Source of the DNA: Flaccisagitta enflata | Taxonomy: Eukaryota | Assembly: GCA_965153355.1 (NCBI GenBank) | Contig: OZ231126.1 | Location: 32,488,001 to 32,552,000, forward strand | DNA: 64,000 nucleotides | Reading direction: 5' to 3' | In this document: one piece after another, positions 14,251-26,637 of the stretch | Position numbering within the stretch: the first letter of the stretch is position 1 | Layout: each line of letters begins with the position of its first letter | The notes under the pieces: generated by a model | What the model saw: the letters and a program-made list of their open reading frames with translations, nothing else | Database searches by the model: none | What the model was told of the DNA's origin: nothing | Program-made: the position numbers and the translations under genes

Positions 14251-15133
14251 TTAAATCCATTTTTTCTTAGTTTCAATACTTCAATTTTTTGCGTTTTCAA
14301 AACGGTAAAAAAGGTGATAAGATTACAAAGATATATAGATTTTTTTCCTTTGCTGGCTGTAACTTTAGCGCTGTTTTCAATCGTTTTGAAACGCAAAAAT
14401 CTCATGGTTTTAAAACTTTAGAATTGCAAAGTTTTGAAACGGCAACTATGCCTCAAAATTCGTTTCAAAAGTTGCGCATACTTGTGGTTTTGAAACGACA
14501 ATAAAAGATCGTTTTAAAACTGCATAAGAACGCCCGTTTCAAAACGGCTTTTTTAAGTATTTTTGTGACAAAAATTGATAATTTTTGTTACAATAATCCA
14601 CTTTTTTGCATTTTTGAAACGATTTTTGGCGGTTTAATACGCTATAAAGGAACGCCACGGAATATCTCATCTTTAGGATGGGATGGGGTTTTTGTTCTAA
14701 GCTGAATTGAATTGTATCGCAAACACCAAAGTGACCAAACAGTAGTACGTTTTGCCAATTATGTACATTATGTTGACATTGCACTAAATTTTAGTGGTAA
14801 CGGATAAGCGATCGATATAGGGCATAGATGAATAGTTAGACGACTAAGTTTGAATCTCATTTGCGAGAATTAAAATGAATTGTTTCTCAGAAAAAGAACG
14901 GAAAATTGATTGGTGTGGGATGTATTTTCGCTGTCGAGTTGCCCTTGAGTTAGTATTGAGCAATTTTGAAAAAAAAAACAAGGTCAGAAAGAAAGTCCTA
15001 TCAGAATGAGAAAAAAAGAATATTCCTTCAGTGACCCTCGAAAGAAGGTCAGGTCATCACAGTGATATGGACCATTCATTCATTTAATGTTTGCAACCAA
15101 CCCTGTCTATCCATTTGCTAGTCAAGCAGCAGC

Positions 15134-15653
15134 TTTTTGGGCAGCGGCCCTGAAGGGGAAGATGTCCTGTAGAACACAGCGGACTTTAGTTTGTTCGTCC
15201 GCCCATTCGTCCGTCCGTTCATCCCCCCCCCAGCCTTGAGGCTCAAATCCAAGCCCCAGGGCTCAAATCCTGGCCTGGAGGCTCAAATCCTGGCCTTGAG
15301 ACTGAAATCTTAGCCTCAAGGCTTTGAAGCCTAAATCCCAGCCTGGAGGCTCAAGTCCCGGCGCAGAGGCTCAAATCCCAGCCTCGAGGCCAAATCCCAG
15401 CCTCTAGGCTCAAATCCCAGCCTCAGGGCTCAAATCCCAGCCTCAAGGCTCAAATCCCAGCCTCAAGGCTCAAGTCCCAGCCCCAAGGCTTGAATCCCTC
15501 CTCACAAATCCAATTGGGGAGAATTCACCCTGTGTTCTACAGGATATCGTCTCCTTCGGGGCCGCTGCCCTGCTGCCCATCACCTACAATCACCAATATG
15601 CAAAGCAGGGCAACGGGTATCGCTGACCACATATTGCCCTTGGGCGACCTGTT
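15134..15653 (+). mobile_element. Short element with asymmetric inverted repeats and 21-bp minisatellite core (family A, Helentron-associated-like)
   Basis: gggcagcggccc..gtcctgtagaacac / gtgttctacagga..ggggccgctgccc, (gaggctcaaatcccagcctc)n, tail ending cccttgggcgacctgtt. Confidence 0.7.
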
Positions 15654-16371
15654 CATCATTCCATCATGGAGCATCTTCTCATCATACAAAATAATGCCTC
15701 CTCATACTAAGTAACTCCTTTTGCACAAGACTGTGGTAAAGCATCCTTTCAAACACCACACACCATTCTAACACAAGTAGCCACCATTTCTCCACCGTTC
15801 ATTTTAAGTGGATTTTCTTCCTTCCAAACAGTCTACCACCTCACTCCTTTCTACCACCACAAATCTTCAAACCCATCTTTTCTCGATCATATCCCTCCAG
15901 CTGTACATTCTTAAACAAATAACTAACTAAATCTTTTTTGCCACCAAACACCACGAACGTGTTCATAATTGATGAGCATATTTACACACTCTGATAATCA
16001 AACAGGAAAACAGGCGATCATACAGATGCACATGCAGATAGTCAGACAGACAGACAGAGAGACAGAATTACAGACAGAGAGACAAACATACAAAGATAGA
16101 GTCATTAACAGGTCTGACCGAGTGACGGTCACAAAGCCAGAGCGAAAGACAGACAGGCAAAAGAACATAATTGCGCAACTAGGGCTGTCTTTGCGTTCAA
16201 GGGTACGAGTAGGACATCATCGAGCTGCCTTTCTTACCAACATAAATGTGTCTTCAGATATGATCAGCCCACGGAGATTCTCAAAAGAAACTTGAATTAT
16301 TCTTTCTTTCTCTCCTTTCTTCTTTTGTTTCTAGCCAGTTTTTGCTTTTTCTTCTCTTGCTCTATTTTTCA

Positions 16372-16373
16372 TT

Positions 16374-16449
<76 letters not shown>

Positions 16450-16465
16450 TCCTTCTTTCCTTGTT

Positions 16466-16517
<52 letters not shown>

Positions 16518-16520
16518 TCC
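16372..16520. repeat. (TTTC)n microsatellite
   Basis: Direct reading. Confidence 0.97.
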
Positions 16521-17189
16521 ATTTCTTTTGCTTTCGTTGTCTTACCTTTGGCAAGCTTTCACTCTTACAAAGCAGCACCAAATCACTCTTTTTCAATCAA
16601 GCTCTCATAATCATTTAGATAACTCCACATTTCGATGCTGTTTTACTTTTGATCATGCCTTCGTTCCATCAATCTGAATGTCAACCAAAACATGGCCATG
16701 TCGCGTGCGAGACATACACTTAGAATGACTAAGAATGACTTAGAATGACTTAGAATGACTTAAAATACTCTTCAATGACCCATTCCCCATTAAGCAATAA
16801 AGCAGTATATTATAAATATAGGTTAAAATAGTGTTAAATTGTGTTGTAGTAATCAAATTTTACCTCTTGGTACCAACAACGTATTGAATCTTCAAAACTT
16901 TTCTTTTTTCGTTTTTCAAGCTTTTGATTTTTTTCCCCATCTCCAGACCCTTTTATTCCCCTTTTATTCCCCTTTTATTCCCCCCCCACGGGGGGGGGGG
17001 GGGGAATGTTCATTGCTCAACTTTATACAGGCCTGATTTAATATCATGATAAATTGTCCCAGGGCCAATTGATTTGATTGCATTAACAGTTGCAATATAG
17101 TTTCTTCAGCCCCGTCCGCTGCATCAACCATCTATACCGTCCTTGATTCTATTCACTCATCAATTCCTTCATTTATTTGTTCAATGGTT

Positions 17190-17425
17190 GATTCATCCAT
17201 TCATTCATTCATTCATTCATTCATTCATTTTTTCATTCATTCTTTCATTCATTCATTCATTCATTCATTCATTCATTCATTCATTCATTTATTCATTCAT
17301 TTATTCATTCATTCATTCATTCATTCATTCATTCATTCATTCATTCATTCATTCATTCAATCAATCATTCATTCATTCTTTCATTCATTCAACCTTTTAC
17401 TCAATACCTCATTCATTCATCATTC
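17190..17425. repeat. (TTCA)n microsatellite
   Basis: Direct reading. Confidence 0.97.
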
Positions 17426-17859
17426 TCCTCGTCTTGTGTCGTCTTAATGGCAAATCTCTGCCCCGCCTTCCGCATAAACACGAATTGACTTTGCCAACGC
17501 CATAAGTCACAAAATGACGCAGAATGACGTCAATCTCTCTCTCTCTCTCTCAGGCCCAGAGTGACAACTTGTAACCTTGGTTACACACGTTGCGATGAAT
17601 TAGCCATTTTAACCTCCTCGCAGAAAATGTCTGTTAACAGGCAATGATTTAAATGCAATCGTTTCACAAATGAGTAGCTTCGCTTTTCTAAGCCTGAAAT
17701 TGCACCATGCTTGAGTGTCATTATTGACATTGGTCTTTTTTGGCGTCTTTCCTATCTTTATTCTCGTTTGCATGAACCTGCCCGTGTAAGTGTCAAGATT
17801 ACCGTTGGTCATATTTGCATTCTTTTGAATCTTTGCTTTCATTTGTAGGCACGTTCTCT

Positions 17860-18592
17860 ATGAACGTACGTCATAGTCGTCGTTGTTTGTATTTGCTTTC
17901 TTTTCCCTCTTTGCGTTTGGAAGCAAGGACTTGTCCTAGACACGTGGCATGGTTGCCCTTGATCGTGCTGGCTCTCTTTTCCATCTTTGCGTTTGGAAGC
18001 AAGGATTTGTCTTCGACACGTGGCATGGTAGCCCTTGCTTTCTTTTCCATCTTTATGTTTGTAAGAAAGAACTTGCCCTAGACACTTGTCAATGTCATCC
18101 TTGCTCGTATTTGCTTTCTTTTCCATCTTTGCATTTGTTAGCAAGAACTTGTCCTAGACACTTGTCAACGTTGTCCTTGATCGTATTTGCTTTCTTTTCC
18201 ATCTTTGCGTCTGTAAGCAAGAACTTGTCCAAGACATGTGTCAACGTTGTCCTTGCTCGTATATGCTTTCTTTTCCATCTTTGCGTTTGTAAGCAAGAAC
18301 TTGCCCTAGACACTTGTCAACGTCGTCCTTTCTCGTATTTGCTTTCTTTTCCATCATTGCGTTAGTAAGCAAGAACTTGTCCAAGACACATGGCATCATT
18401 GTCCTTGGTCGTAATTTCATTCCTCTCCATCTTTGCGTTTGTAAGCAAGAACTTGTCCAAGACACTTGTCAATGTTGTCCTTGCTCGTATTTGCCTGCTT
18501 TTCCATCTTTGCGATTGTAAGCAGGAACTTGTCAAAGACACTTGTCAACGTCGTCCTTGCTCGTATTTGCTTTCTTTTCCATCTTTGCGTTG
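17860..18592. repeat. 76-bp minisatellite, ~10 units
   Basis: ttccatc motif recurring at 18121, 18197, 18273, 18349, 18501 and 18577. Confidence 0.92.
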
Positions 18593-19065
18593 GTCGTGTG
18601 GTGATTAATTACCCTCTCAATCTTACGCCGTAATCGCGAGAGAAGCCTTCATTGGTCGCGATGCTGGGCAAACCGATAGATGGATTCCAACGATACAAAC
18701 GCCGCTAATCAAAATGTATTGGGTGGTAGTGGTGTGGGATGTGGTAGATGAACTCCACTGATACAAAAACCACCCATCAAAATGTACCGAGGGGTGGTGA
18801 TGTCGAGTTTGTCGACATGGAGGGGGGAGTGAGGTTTAAGTATTCCACAGATACAAAGGCTGCCAATCAATATGTACTGGGTGGTGGCGATGTCTACACG
18901 ATGGCGGTGACACAGCAATAAATACATTGTACTGATACAAATTCTACCATTCAAAATGTGTATGATGGTGGTGACATCGAAAGCGGGGTGGGAGGTGGTG
19001 GAGAGAGTCATATGACACAACATCCATGATCAAATTTCATTTCAAATGACCGGAGAATGCTGGTA

Positions 19066-19242
19066 CAGTTGAACCCCGCTCTAATGGACCCGCTTCTAAC
19101 GGAATTCCGCCTATAACAGAATATGATCTTAGGTCCCTTCAACCAGTTTTCTTCCATTTCTTTCATTAGCTATGATAAAATTCCGCCTAAAACAGATAAA
19201 ATTTATTGGTCCCCTGAAATCTGTAAGAGCTGGATTTAACTG
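19066..19242. mobile_element. TA-flanked CAGT-terminal MITE (pogo/Tc1-type); second copy at 31300-31476
   Basis: TA|cagttgaaccccgctctaa ... gctggatttaactg|TA. Confidence 0.85.
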
Positions 19243-19558
19243 TATACAAAGCAGCGAAGGGGTGTGGTTGATGGTATCGACTGATACAACCATCAATCAG
19301 AGGAACGTGGAAATCGGAAGTTGTAAGATATCAGCAGAAGGCGGAGGTGCGGAGATTCGGCCGATACAATCACTGTCAAAAGCTGGTGGCACCGCCGAGG
19401 CAAACCTAGATGGTCTGAGGCAAGGATCATGTGTAAAGAAGAGCGCCGCTGCCAAAGCCTAAAAAGGAGTATTACCCTGTATCTTTCAATGATTCTGAAA
19501 AAATTTAACTTTTTGAATTTTTTTTTCTAATGCTTATGCGGAAAGGCAAAAACATTTT

Positions 19559-19702
19559 TAGTTGCGGACACGCGACTCTACACCTTGCCGTGTCGGTTGG
19601 TAGGTCGGTACGTTACAAACTTTTTTTAATATTGAGCAGTTTTTGCATTACGGCCCCTGCCCAACCGTCCGCGACTGTCTTGCCGTGTATCCGGCCTTGT
19701 TT
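19559..19702 (+). mobile_element. Helentron/DINE-1-like short element (family B)
   Basis: tagttgcggacacgcgactcta ... gtgtatccggccttgtt. Confidence 0.65.
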
Positions 19703-20454
19703 AATGAAGGGAACCAAGAGACAACAACTCCCTACCTCAATTTTTCATCAGTTTTCAATGTTTAAGCATGTAGTTTCCTTATGATTAAGCATAAGAGACA
19801 GTTATGATGGTAAAATCAAATAGAAAAAAAGCAATGGCATATGAATTCCAGTATGATGGTGTAAATAATCATACCAATGAAAACACAATACTGACACTAT
19901 AGACCAACGAAGCAGGAAGGAGGCGGGAGGCTGTCAAACGTCCGTTTTACCGCTACGCGCAAAATGGGCCTAATGAATTGGATTGAGATGTGATAAAGAG
20001 CTTTAGTTGCAAGCATTGAGGCTGATTAAGCCTATTATCATCATTCTAATATTGATGTTGCATGTTGAGATTAGGCAATAACGAATGATACGTCTACCAC
20101 ATTCCATTATTCGTGAGATAAAGTAAAAATGCCGAGCAAAATGTGTCCTTTCACTACTATATGCCAAAGAGTTGAAAGGCTGCAAGATGCACTCATTATC
20201 TATGATTCAACGGCTAGAGATCTTCATGCAGAGCGAGAAAAGGATGGTAAAATGATGAGAACCACGAAAGATGGGGCGCAGATAATAGATTCAGCATCAA
20301 TTATTCAAGTGAGTTAAAAAGGTCTTCATTTAACATTAATGCAAAGACAAGGAATGGAAAGGGATAAAGAGGATATGACTTAGATCAAGTAGCCGCGCAA
20401 AAACAGCAATACGTAATCTTAAATTATAGGGTCTAATGCAATAAAAAATGTCTA

Positions 20455-21040
<586 letters not shown>

Positions 21041-22371
21041 CACAAGGGCAACGAAGGGACGACCACGAAGGCTACGACAACAACGATCTTACGATTTCTC
21101 AACCAACGGAATTCTTTCATTCCAGAGCCGAAGAGAGAAAACCTGTAAAACCTGTTTCTTCGTCATCCTAAATCGAATGCAGTTACTGCAGCTACTGCTG
21201 TTTCCTCCGCCGCACCGCTGCACCGCTTGATTTCAGGTAGGCGAGGTGAGGTCGCAGGTAAGGCTTCTTATTGGCCAATCATAAAGCAGATTCCTTATCA
21301 CGTGACCAAAGTAAACTAATGAAAATGCCGATGACTTTCAGACGACGACCACCGCCAAGAAAAAATGGACGTCGTACCATTAAAAAACTGACAAATATTG
21401 CAGAAAAAAGTGAAACAAAACATTCATTATTTGGTATTCAAAAACATAAACAAACCGGAAACGCGATATCGACGACGATGACAACCTCCTAGCGGGCCGA
21501 TTCCAAAACACGTCCAAACCACGGTCACAACAAAATCAAAATTCTGACTGGAGAGAAGTCAGACAACCAAAACAAAAGGTGAAAAAAGAAGATTTTTTTG
21601 GTGCCACACCTCATTCTGTTTTTGTATGAGTTAATGTTTGACAATGTTTGGCAGCTTTGCCATCTGCATGTAAAACGCGAATTGAGAATAAACGTTATTG
21701 ACAAATACCAGGAAACCAGAAGGTGCGTAACAGAATGAGCAATAAGGTGCAACTGGTGGTTTCATTTGCGGAATTTGTGCCGGACAGACAAACCGACTGA
21801 TGGACGGATGGGTAGTTCAAGGTGCCTTGAGTGGTCACTATTTGACGCACTTCATCAGTCATAACTATTTCTCCATGATTCATCGTCTCTCAACCCGATT
21901 CAACCCGATGTGGCTTAGCAGATCATTGATGAGAGATAATATTTTCATTCACTGGTATTTTGTGATTGTAATTGATGAAACACCATCCTTCAGTAAGCAA
22001 GTGAGCAAGCGAGTTAAACGAGACTGTTGGCAAGAGGTCTACAATCTTTTTCATTGACGTAAGGCGTGAAACTCTCTCAATAAGGGTATACTATATCAGA
22101 CGCATCCTAAAAAGAAAGCCTTGAGTAGGTTTTCATGTTTGTCAACATCGATGTCACTTAATCCCTCTTTCCTCCTATTTGTCCCTAAAGAAAAAGAAAG
22201 CCAAGCAAAGAGAGCGTGCATGTTTAGGACAGGAATCTTCTGACGATAAGACGAGCGTTTGTGCGTTTGTGGCAGAAGTCTCTTATCTTCGCCGCTCAGC
22301 GGAATCTGCTTACTTTGTATAAGAAAGAAAAAAGGAATGCAAAATGCACTATGGTATACAGAGGCCCTTTT

Positions 22372-22542
22372 TAGATGCGTCATCGCATCTCTATAAGAGG
22401 GTCTGTCCGTCCGTCGGTCCGTCCGTCTGTCCGTCGGTCCGTCCGTCCGTCGGTCCGTCCGTCCGTCCGTCCGTCCGTCGGGACGTTACGCCTCTTCTAA
22501 TATCACCCAGATGACGCATCTAGTTGCCCGATCGGGCTTGTT
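22372..22542 (+). mobile_element. DINE-like short element variant with (GTCC)n
   Basis: tagatgcgtcatcgcatct palindrome, GTCC tract, gatgacgcatcta subterminal inverted copy, end gggcttgtt. Confidence 0.65.
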
Positions 22543-22904
22543 ACTTTCAGTCAGCCCTTAACAGGAACAAGAATTATTTAACGATAGATTGATTGATGAT
22601 GAATTGATTGATTCATTTGTAGGGGACCGGCTTATGTTTTTGCGTATAAGAATAAGATGGCGAGAATTCGAGAATGAAATGGCTAGAATAAGATTGTTAA
22701 TAATTTGGAAATTTGCCCCGTCAATCCAAATTTCCAACAATGATACACGACTTGTTCCAAAGATCTCAAACTCTGAGTGGAATACGAAATGGTTTCTTGA
22801 TTCCATAAGGAATACCCCTAAAGCCTTAATGCCATCTTCTCCTGCTTTCTTCTTCCGCTTCTTTTTCATATCATTTCAATTCTTTTTCTTGTTTTCTTGT
22901 TTTC

Positions 22905-22968
22905 CTTCTTCTTCTTCTTCTTCTTCTTCTTCTTCTTCTTCTTCTTCTTCTTCTTCTTGTTGTTTTGG

Positions 22969-23027
<59 letters not shown>

Positions 23028-23245
23028 CTTGTTCTTCTTCTTCTTCTTCTTCTTCTTCTTCTTCTTCTTCTTCTTCTTCTTCTTCTTCTTCTTCTTCTTT
23101 TCTTTTTCTTCTTCTTCTTCTTCTTCTTCTTCTTCTTCTTCTTCTTCTTCTTCTTCTTGTTCTTCTTCTTCTTCTTCTTCTTCTTCTTCTTCTTCTTCTT
23201 CTTCTTCTTCTTCTTCTTCTTCTTCTTCTTCTTCTTCTTCTTCCT
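22905..23245. repeat. Compound (TTC)n/(TTG)n microsatellite
   Basis: Direct reading. Confidence 0.98.
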
Positions 23246-24189
23246 CCATTGGCATTGCTATCCCTTTTCAGCTCTTATTCTCAGCCTCGAATTCCCTTCT
23301 GAGCTTTACTCCTTTTCTCCATTCATTCTCATTCGAATTTTCTTCTTTCTCAAGACGAGTTTCAGAAGCTTTTCTTCTTTTCTCACTCTTCAAACCCCCA
23401 AAAGATTACCATCCATCCCTTTTGCACACCTGAGACGTCTCCCATTAAAATCCTCAATGATTGCCATTCATTCCATTTGCCTCTGCAAACCACAGAGACA
23501 TTACCATTCATCATTTTTTTGCCCCAAAGCGTTTGCTCCTTCCAAGTTCAAACCATTAAAATACGGTCTTTCCACCCCTTTATTCTCTTTAACCACTTTT
23601 ACTCCCAACTGCCCAAAGTGTGTTGATGACAACCTCTTTCGATCACACACCTTGAATCCTTTTGACTCTACCTTCTTTTCCACACTCTTCAAACCATCCA
23701 AAGACTGATGTCATTCACCCAAAACTCCCGGTTCTTCTTTTATTCTGACCTTCTTTGAAACTCTCTAGAGACAACCTAACTTCTTCTTGACCCCTTTTCT
23801 CTTTTGATGGAACCTTCCTCATTCTCTTCACACTCTTCAGTTGAAGATTACCATTTAGCCCTAGTTCGCTTTTGACCTTTCAATTCAATCTAAATAGATC
23901 CCCTTTGTTATTGTTCAAACACGGGTTCTTAAAACAGAGAGCAGTTATCCTTTTACAGTATGTTTATACATGCTGTTTATTCACGTTTATGAACGTAAAA
24001 GTGAAGTGGTGAAACAAAAACATGGCAAGACTGAATTCAAGATAATAGAATGTGAAACAAGTCAGGTAAAAATCATGCCGTGATCACCACCTTTACCACG
24101 TTTTTGGAACTGACCCAGGAACGAGAATCTTTTCTGTAACCATAATCTGTGCTTGGTCGTTACAACTGAGAAGGCCACCTTATTGTAGA

Positions 24190-24334
24190 TATCATCTGTA
24201 ATCATCTGTATTTCTTTACTATTAACATGAAGAAGCAGGACTACGGTCACGCGGACAGTTACCGCGTGGCGACCAAGACGGAGAAGAGCAAAAAAAGCGC
24301 CCTATAATGAATATAATCTGTAATCATCTCTGTT
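24190..24334 (+). repeat. Most upstream duplicate of the ATPase start-exon 5' unit (26-aa ORF 24227-24307)
   Basis: Encodes MKKQDYGHADSYRVATKTEKSKKSAL*, homologous to 26904 onward. Confidence 0.85.
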
Positions 24335-24420
24335 TTTAGAAAAAAGAAGAGGTTTTCGTTGATGCGTATTTTTATAATGAAAATGGATAAAACTCGATAC
24401 AATGTTTGATGATACACTGT

Positions 24421-24467
24421 AGATGTCTAACGTGTTTCGCAAAATATATGCTCTTCAGAGACAATCT
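24421..24467 (-). ncRNA. Minimal type I hammerhead ribozyme
   Basis: Minus strand: agauUGUCU-CUGAAGA-GCAuauauuuUGC-GAAAC-ac-GUU-AGACAucu; full core, stems I and II, minimal stem III. Confidence 0.85.
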
Positions 24468-24694
24468 GGGCAACAAAATAATGGAAAAAGTTTAAATGAA
24501 TTGTTAAATAACACAAAGAGAACGAAAAATGCAACTGCGTTTGTAGTATGAAAGTCACATATGGTTATCACAGAATAAAATGGACAAGTCTATGCATATC
24601 ATATCTCCGCTGAGATGAAAATATGGGTAGTCATCAAATTTGATGGTAGAGGGCACTACTGTCAGTGGCACTTGTTTCACTTTTGGTCTGTGCG

Positions 24695-26617
24695 CTATAG
24701 CTTCAACACATTGAGTCTGGGCTTATACTTTTGAATAAACCTAGTCTCATATGACAGTATCGTTTGACTGTCGCGATTGCTGTCATGTATTTTTAAAAAA
24801 GGCGTGATGACAAATTGTCCTTTGCCACACTCTAATAGATGCTCATGCACGCCTTGTGTAAAGTTCTTATTTTGTATGGCACTTCGATACTCTCCACAAC
24901 GTTGGCGCAATTCTCTTTCTGTCTTACCAATGTAGTTATCACCACAACCTGGGCAGGTGATTGCATAAAGTAAGTTGCGCGTGTCACACGTGAAATGGAA
25001 ACGGAGTTCAAAGGCCTCATCTGAGCCCTTGAATCGAAATTCTGTGCACTCTTCAAGGTGGTCACAACACTTACATGGCCTTCCGCGTTGAGTACCTCGA
25101 TTTTGGTCCTTTTTGCATGGTAGAACACTCCCCTTTGACGTTTGGATAGTGGTGTCAAAACGAGGTTTGAAAAGAATGGATTTCAAGTTTTGTGTTTGAC
25201 GTCTTGCAGCAACAATCTTTTTGTCTTTCATGACAGTGGCCATTCGTGCACTTGGCGTTAAGATTGTTAAACTGTCTCTTACAGTATTTAAGACATCTGG
25301 GTTTGAACAGTTGTTGGTAAAGACAAATGGAATATTGTCACTTGTTTCCGGCGTGTTTGAATCGATTGAGTTCAAAATCGCTATTCGATCAATCAATCTT
25401 GCTTGATTGATTGCTGAATCAATGACACCAGATGGATATTTTTGTTTTTGCAGACGACCTTTTAACTCTGCCAGTCGTATCTCTTTCCTGCTTGGGTCTG
25501 AGACAATAATGCAAATACGTTGAGCTAGCGAGTATGGAATGTTTGTTAGAGTCTTTCGTGGATGGAAACTTCCAAATTGCACATAATTATGTGTATCTGT
25601 CTCCTTGTAATAGATGTCCGTCTCCAAACTACCATTTGCTGCGAGTTCAAAACTGATATCGAGAAAAGGTATCTTGTTTCCGGTTTCTATGGTGAATTGG
25701 ATTTTCTCATCAATATTGTTAAAAGTATTGTAGAAATCCATTGGATTACCAAGTGACATTTTCCACTTGAGGAAAACATCGTCTAGAAACCGACGAAGCA
25801 TCTTTCTTACAAAATCTGCAAATGCGGGGCTTTTAGTGACTCGAAATTCCTCGTCAGCTTTATGCTCGATATATCCCACCGCAAGTGATGCATATGGTGG
25901 CGACTTGTGTGAGCCCATGGCACAACCATGAGTTTGTCGTTTGTAAGTTCCATCAAAATATGAGATATTATTCCGTAGAACAATCTGCACAGCTTCAACT
26001 ATGAAGTCAAGAGAGAAGCGATGATGAAGCAGCTCAGGATTTTTCTCCACAAAAAATTTTATGGCTTGAATTCCTAATTCTTCGCTAACATTCATATACA
26101 TATTAGATATGTCCATTGTGAGTAATACATATTCCTCATCAGGATCACTCTCCCATTGTTGAGCTTGACGTAACAGATCAGTTGAGTCTCGAACATAGCT
26201 GGGTAAGTTCATCATAAAAGGCTTTAGTAGTTTGTCAATCAACTTACTCAAGTTGCTTGTTGGAGACGCAGGACCACCAATAATTGGACGGATTTTCAAA
26301 TCATGAGGCGAGAGAACGTTAACGACCTCAGATCGTTGCTCTCTGACTGCGTCTTTAATCACGTTGCTTTTATGAATCTTTGGTAATCCGTAGAAATTCG
26401 CCTCCTTAAAGTCGAAATTAGTGAGGCAACTTATCTCATCCTTTGTCAGTTGAGATTCGAATTTTTTGCATAGGGATTTTATCTTTCCAATAATCTCCCT
26501 CATCCGATTACTGTCGCAATTTTCAAAATATTCCGGGTCATGGAAAACACTCTCAACCATTCGCTTATAATGATCGGCTTCTAAAATCACTACGGCTCCA
26601 CCTTTATCAGCCGGCAT
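24695..26617 (-). CDS. Penelope-like reverse transcriptase + GIY-YIG endonuclease (N-terminally truncated; Cys-rich linker as in the Neptune clade)
   Basis: PADKGGAVV, FYGLPKIHK, RPII, MDISNMY, GCAMGS, RFLDDVF, PFLD, IYYKET; PCK..RPCKCCDH..FTC linker; LLYAITC..NYIGKT.R.L..R..E; frame runs open upstream (NQIVI) to the junction. Confidence 0.96.
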   Translation of the reverse strand: MPADKGGAVVILEADHYKRMVESVFHDPEYFENCDSNRMREIIGKIKSLCKKFESQLTKDEISCLTNFDFKEANFYGLPKIHKSNVIKDAVREQRSEVVNVLSPHDLKIRPIIGGPASPTSNLSKLIDKLLKPFMMNLPSYVRDSTDLLRQAQQWESDPDEEYVLLTMDISNMYMNVSEELGIQAIKFFVEKNPELLHHRFSLDFIVEAVQIVLRNNISYFDGTYKRQTHGCAMGSHKSPPYASLAVGYIEHKADEEFRVTKSPAFADFVRKMLRRFLDDVFLKWKMSLGNPMDFYNTFNNIDEKIQFTIETGNKIPFLDISFELAANGSLETDIYYKETDTHNYVQFGSFHPRKTLTNIPYSLAQRICIIVSDPSRKEIRLAELKGRLQKQKYPSGVIDSAINQARLIDRIAILNSIDSNTPETSDNIPFVFTNNCSNPDVLNTVRDSLTILTPSARMATVMKDKKIVAARRQTQNLKSILFKPRFDTTIQTSKGSVLPCKKDQNRGTQRGRPCKCCDHLEECTEFRFKGSDEAFELRFHFTCDTRNLLYAITCPGCGDNYIGKTERELRQRCGEYRSAIQNKNFTQGVHEHLLECGKGQFVITPFLKIHDSNRDSQTILSYETRFIQKYKPRLNVLKL

Positions 26618-26637
26618 GATGACTATCTGATTTGCTG

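Larger units (their letters stand above)
11872..14620. mobile_element. Composite repeat block, copy 2 (paralogous to 1548-2870) with extra inserts
   Basis: Colinear matches: 11872-12456 to 1548-2051, ~13155-13540 to ~2052-2378, ~14255-14620 to ~2510-2870. Confidence 0.75.
24335..26637 (-). mobile_element. 5'-truncated Penelope-like retroelement insertion
   Basis: RT+GIY-YIG ORF, 3' hammerhead, flanked by direct repeat atcatctctgtt (24323-24334 and 26638-26649). Confidence 0.9.

Noticed and set aside
17839-18608. Several 70-140 aa ORFs
   Set aside because: Products of the 76-bp minisatellite, whose period is not a multiple of 3
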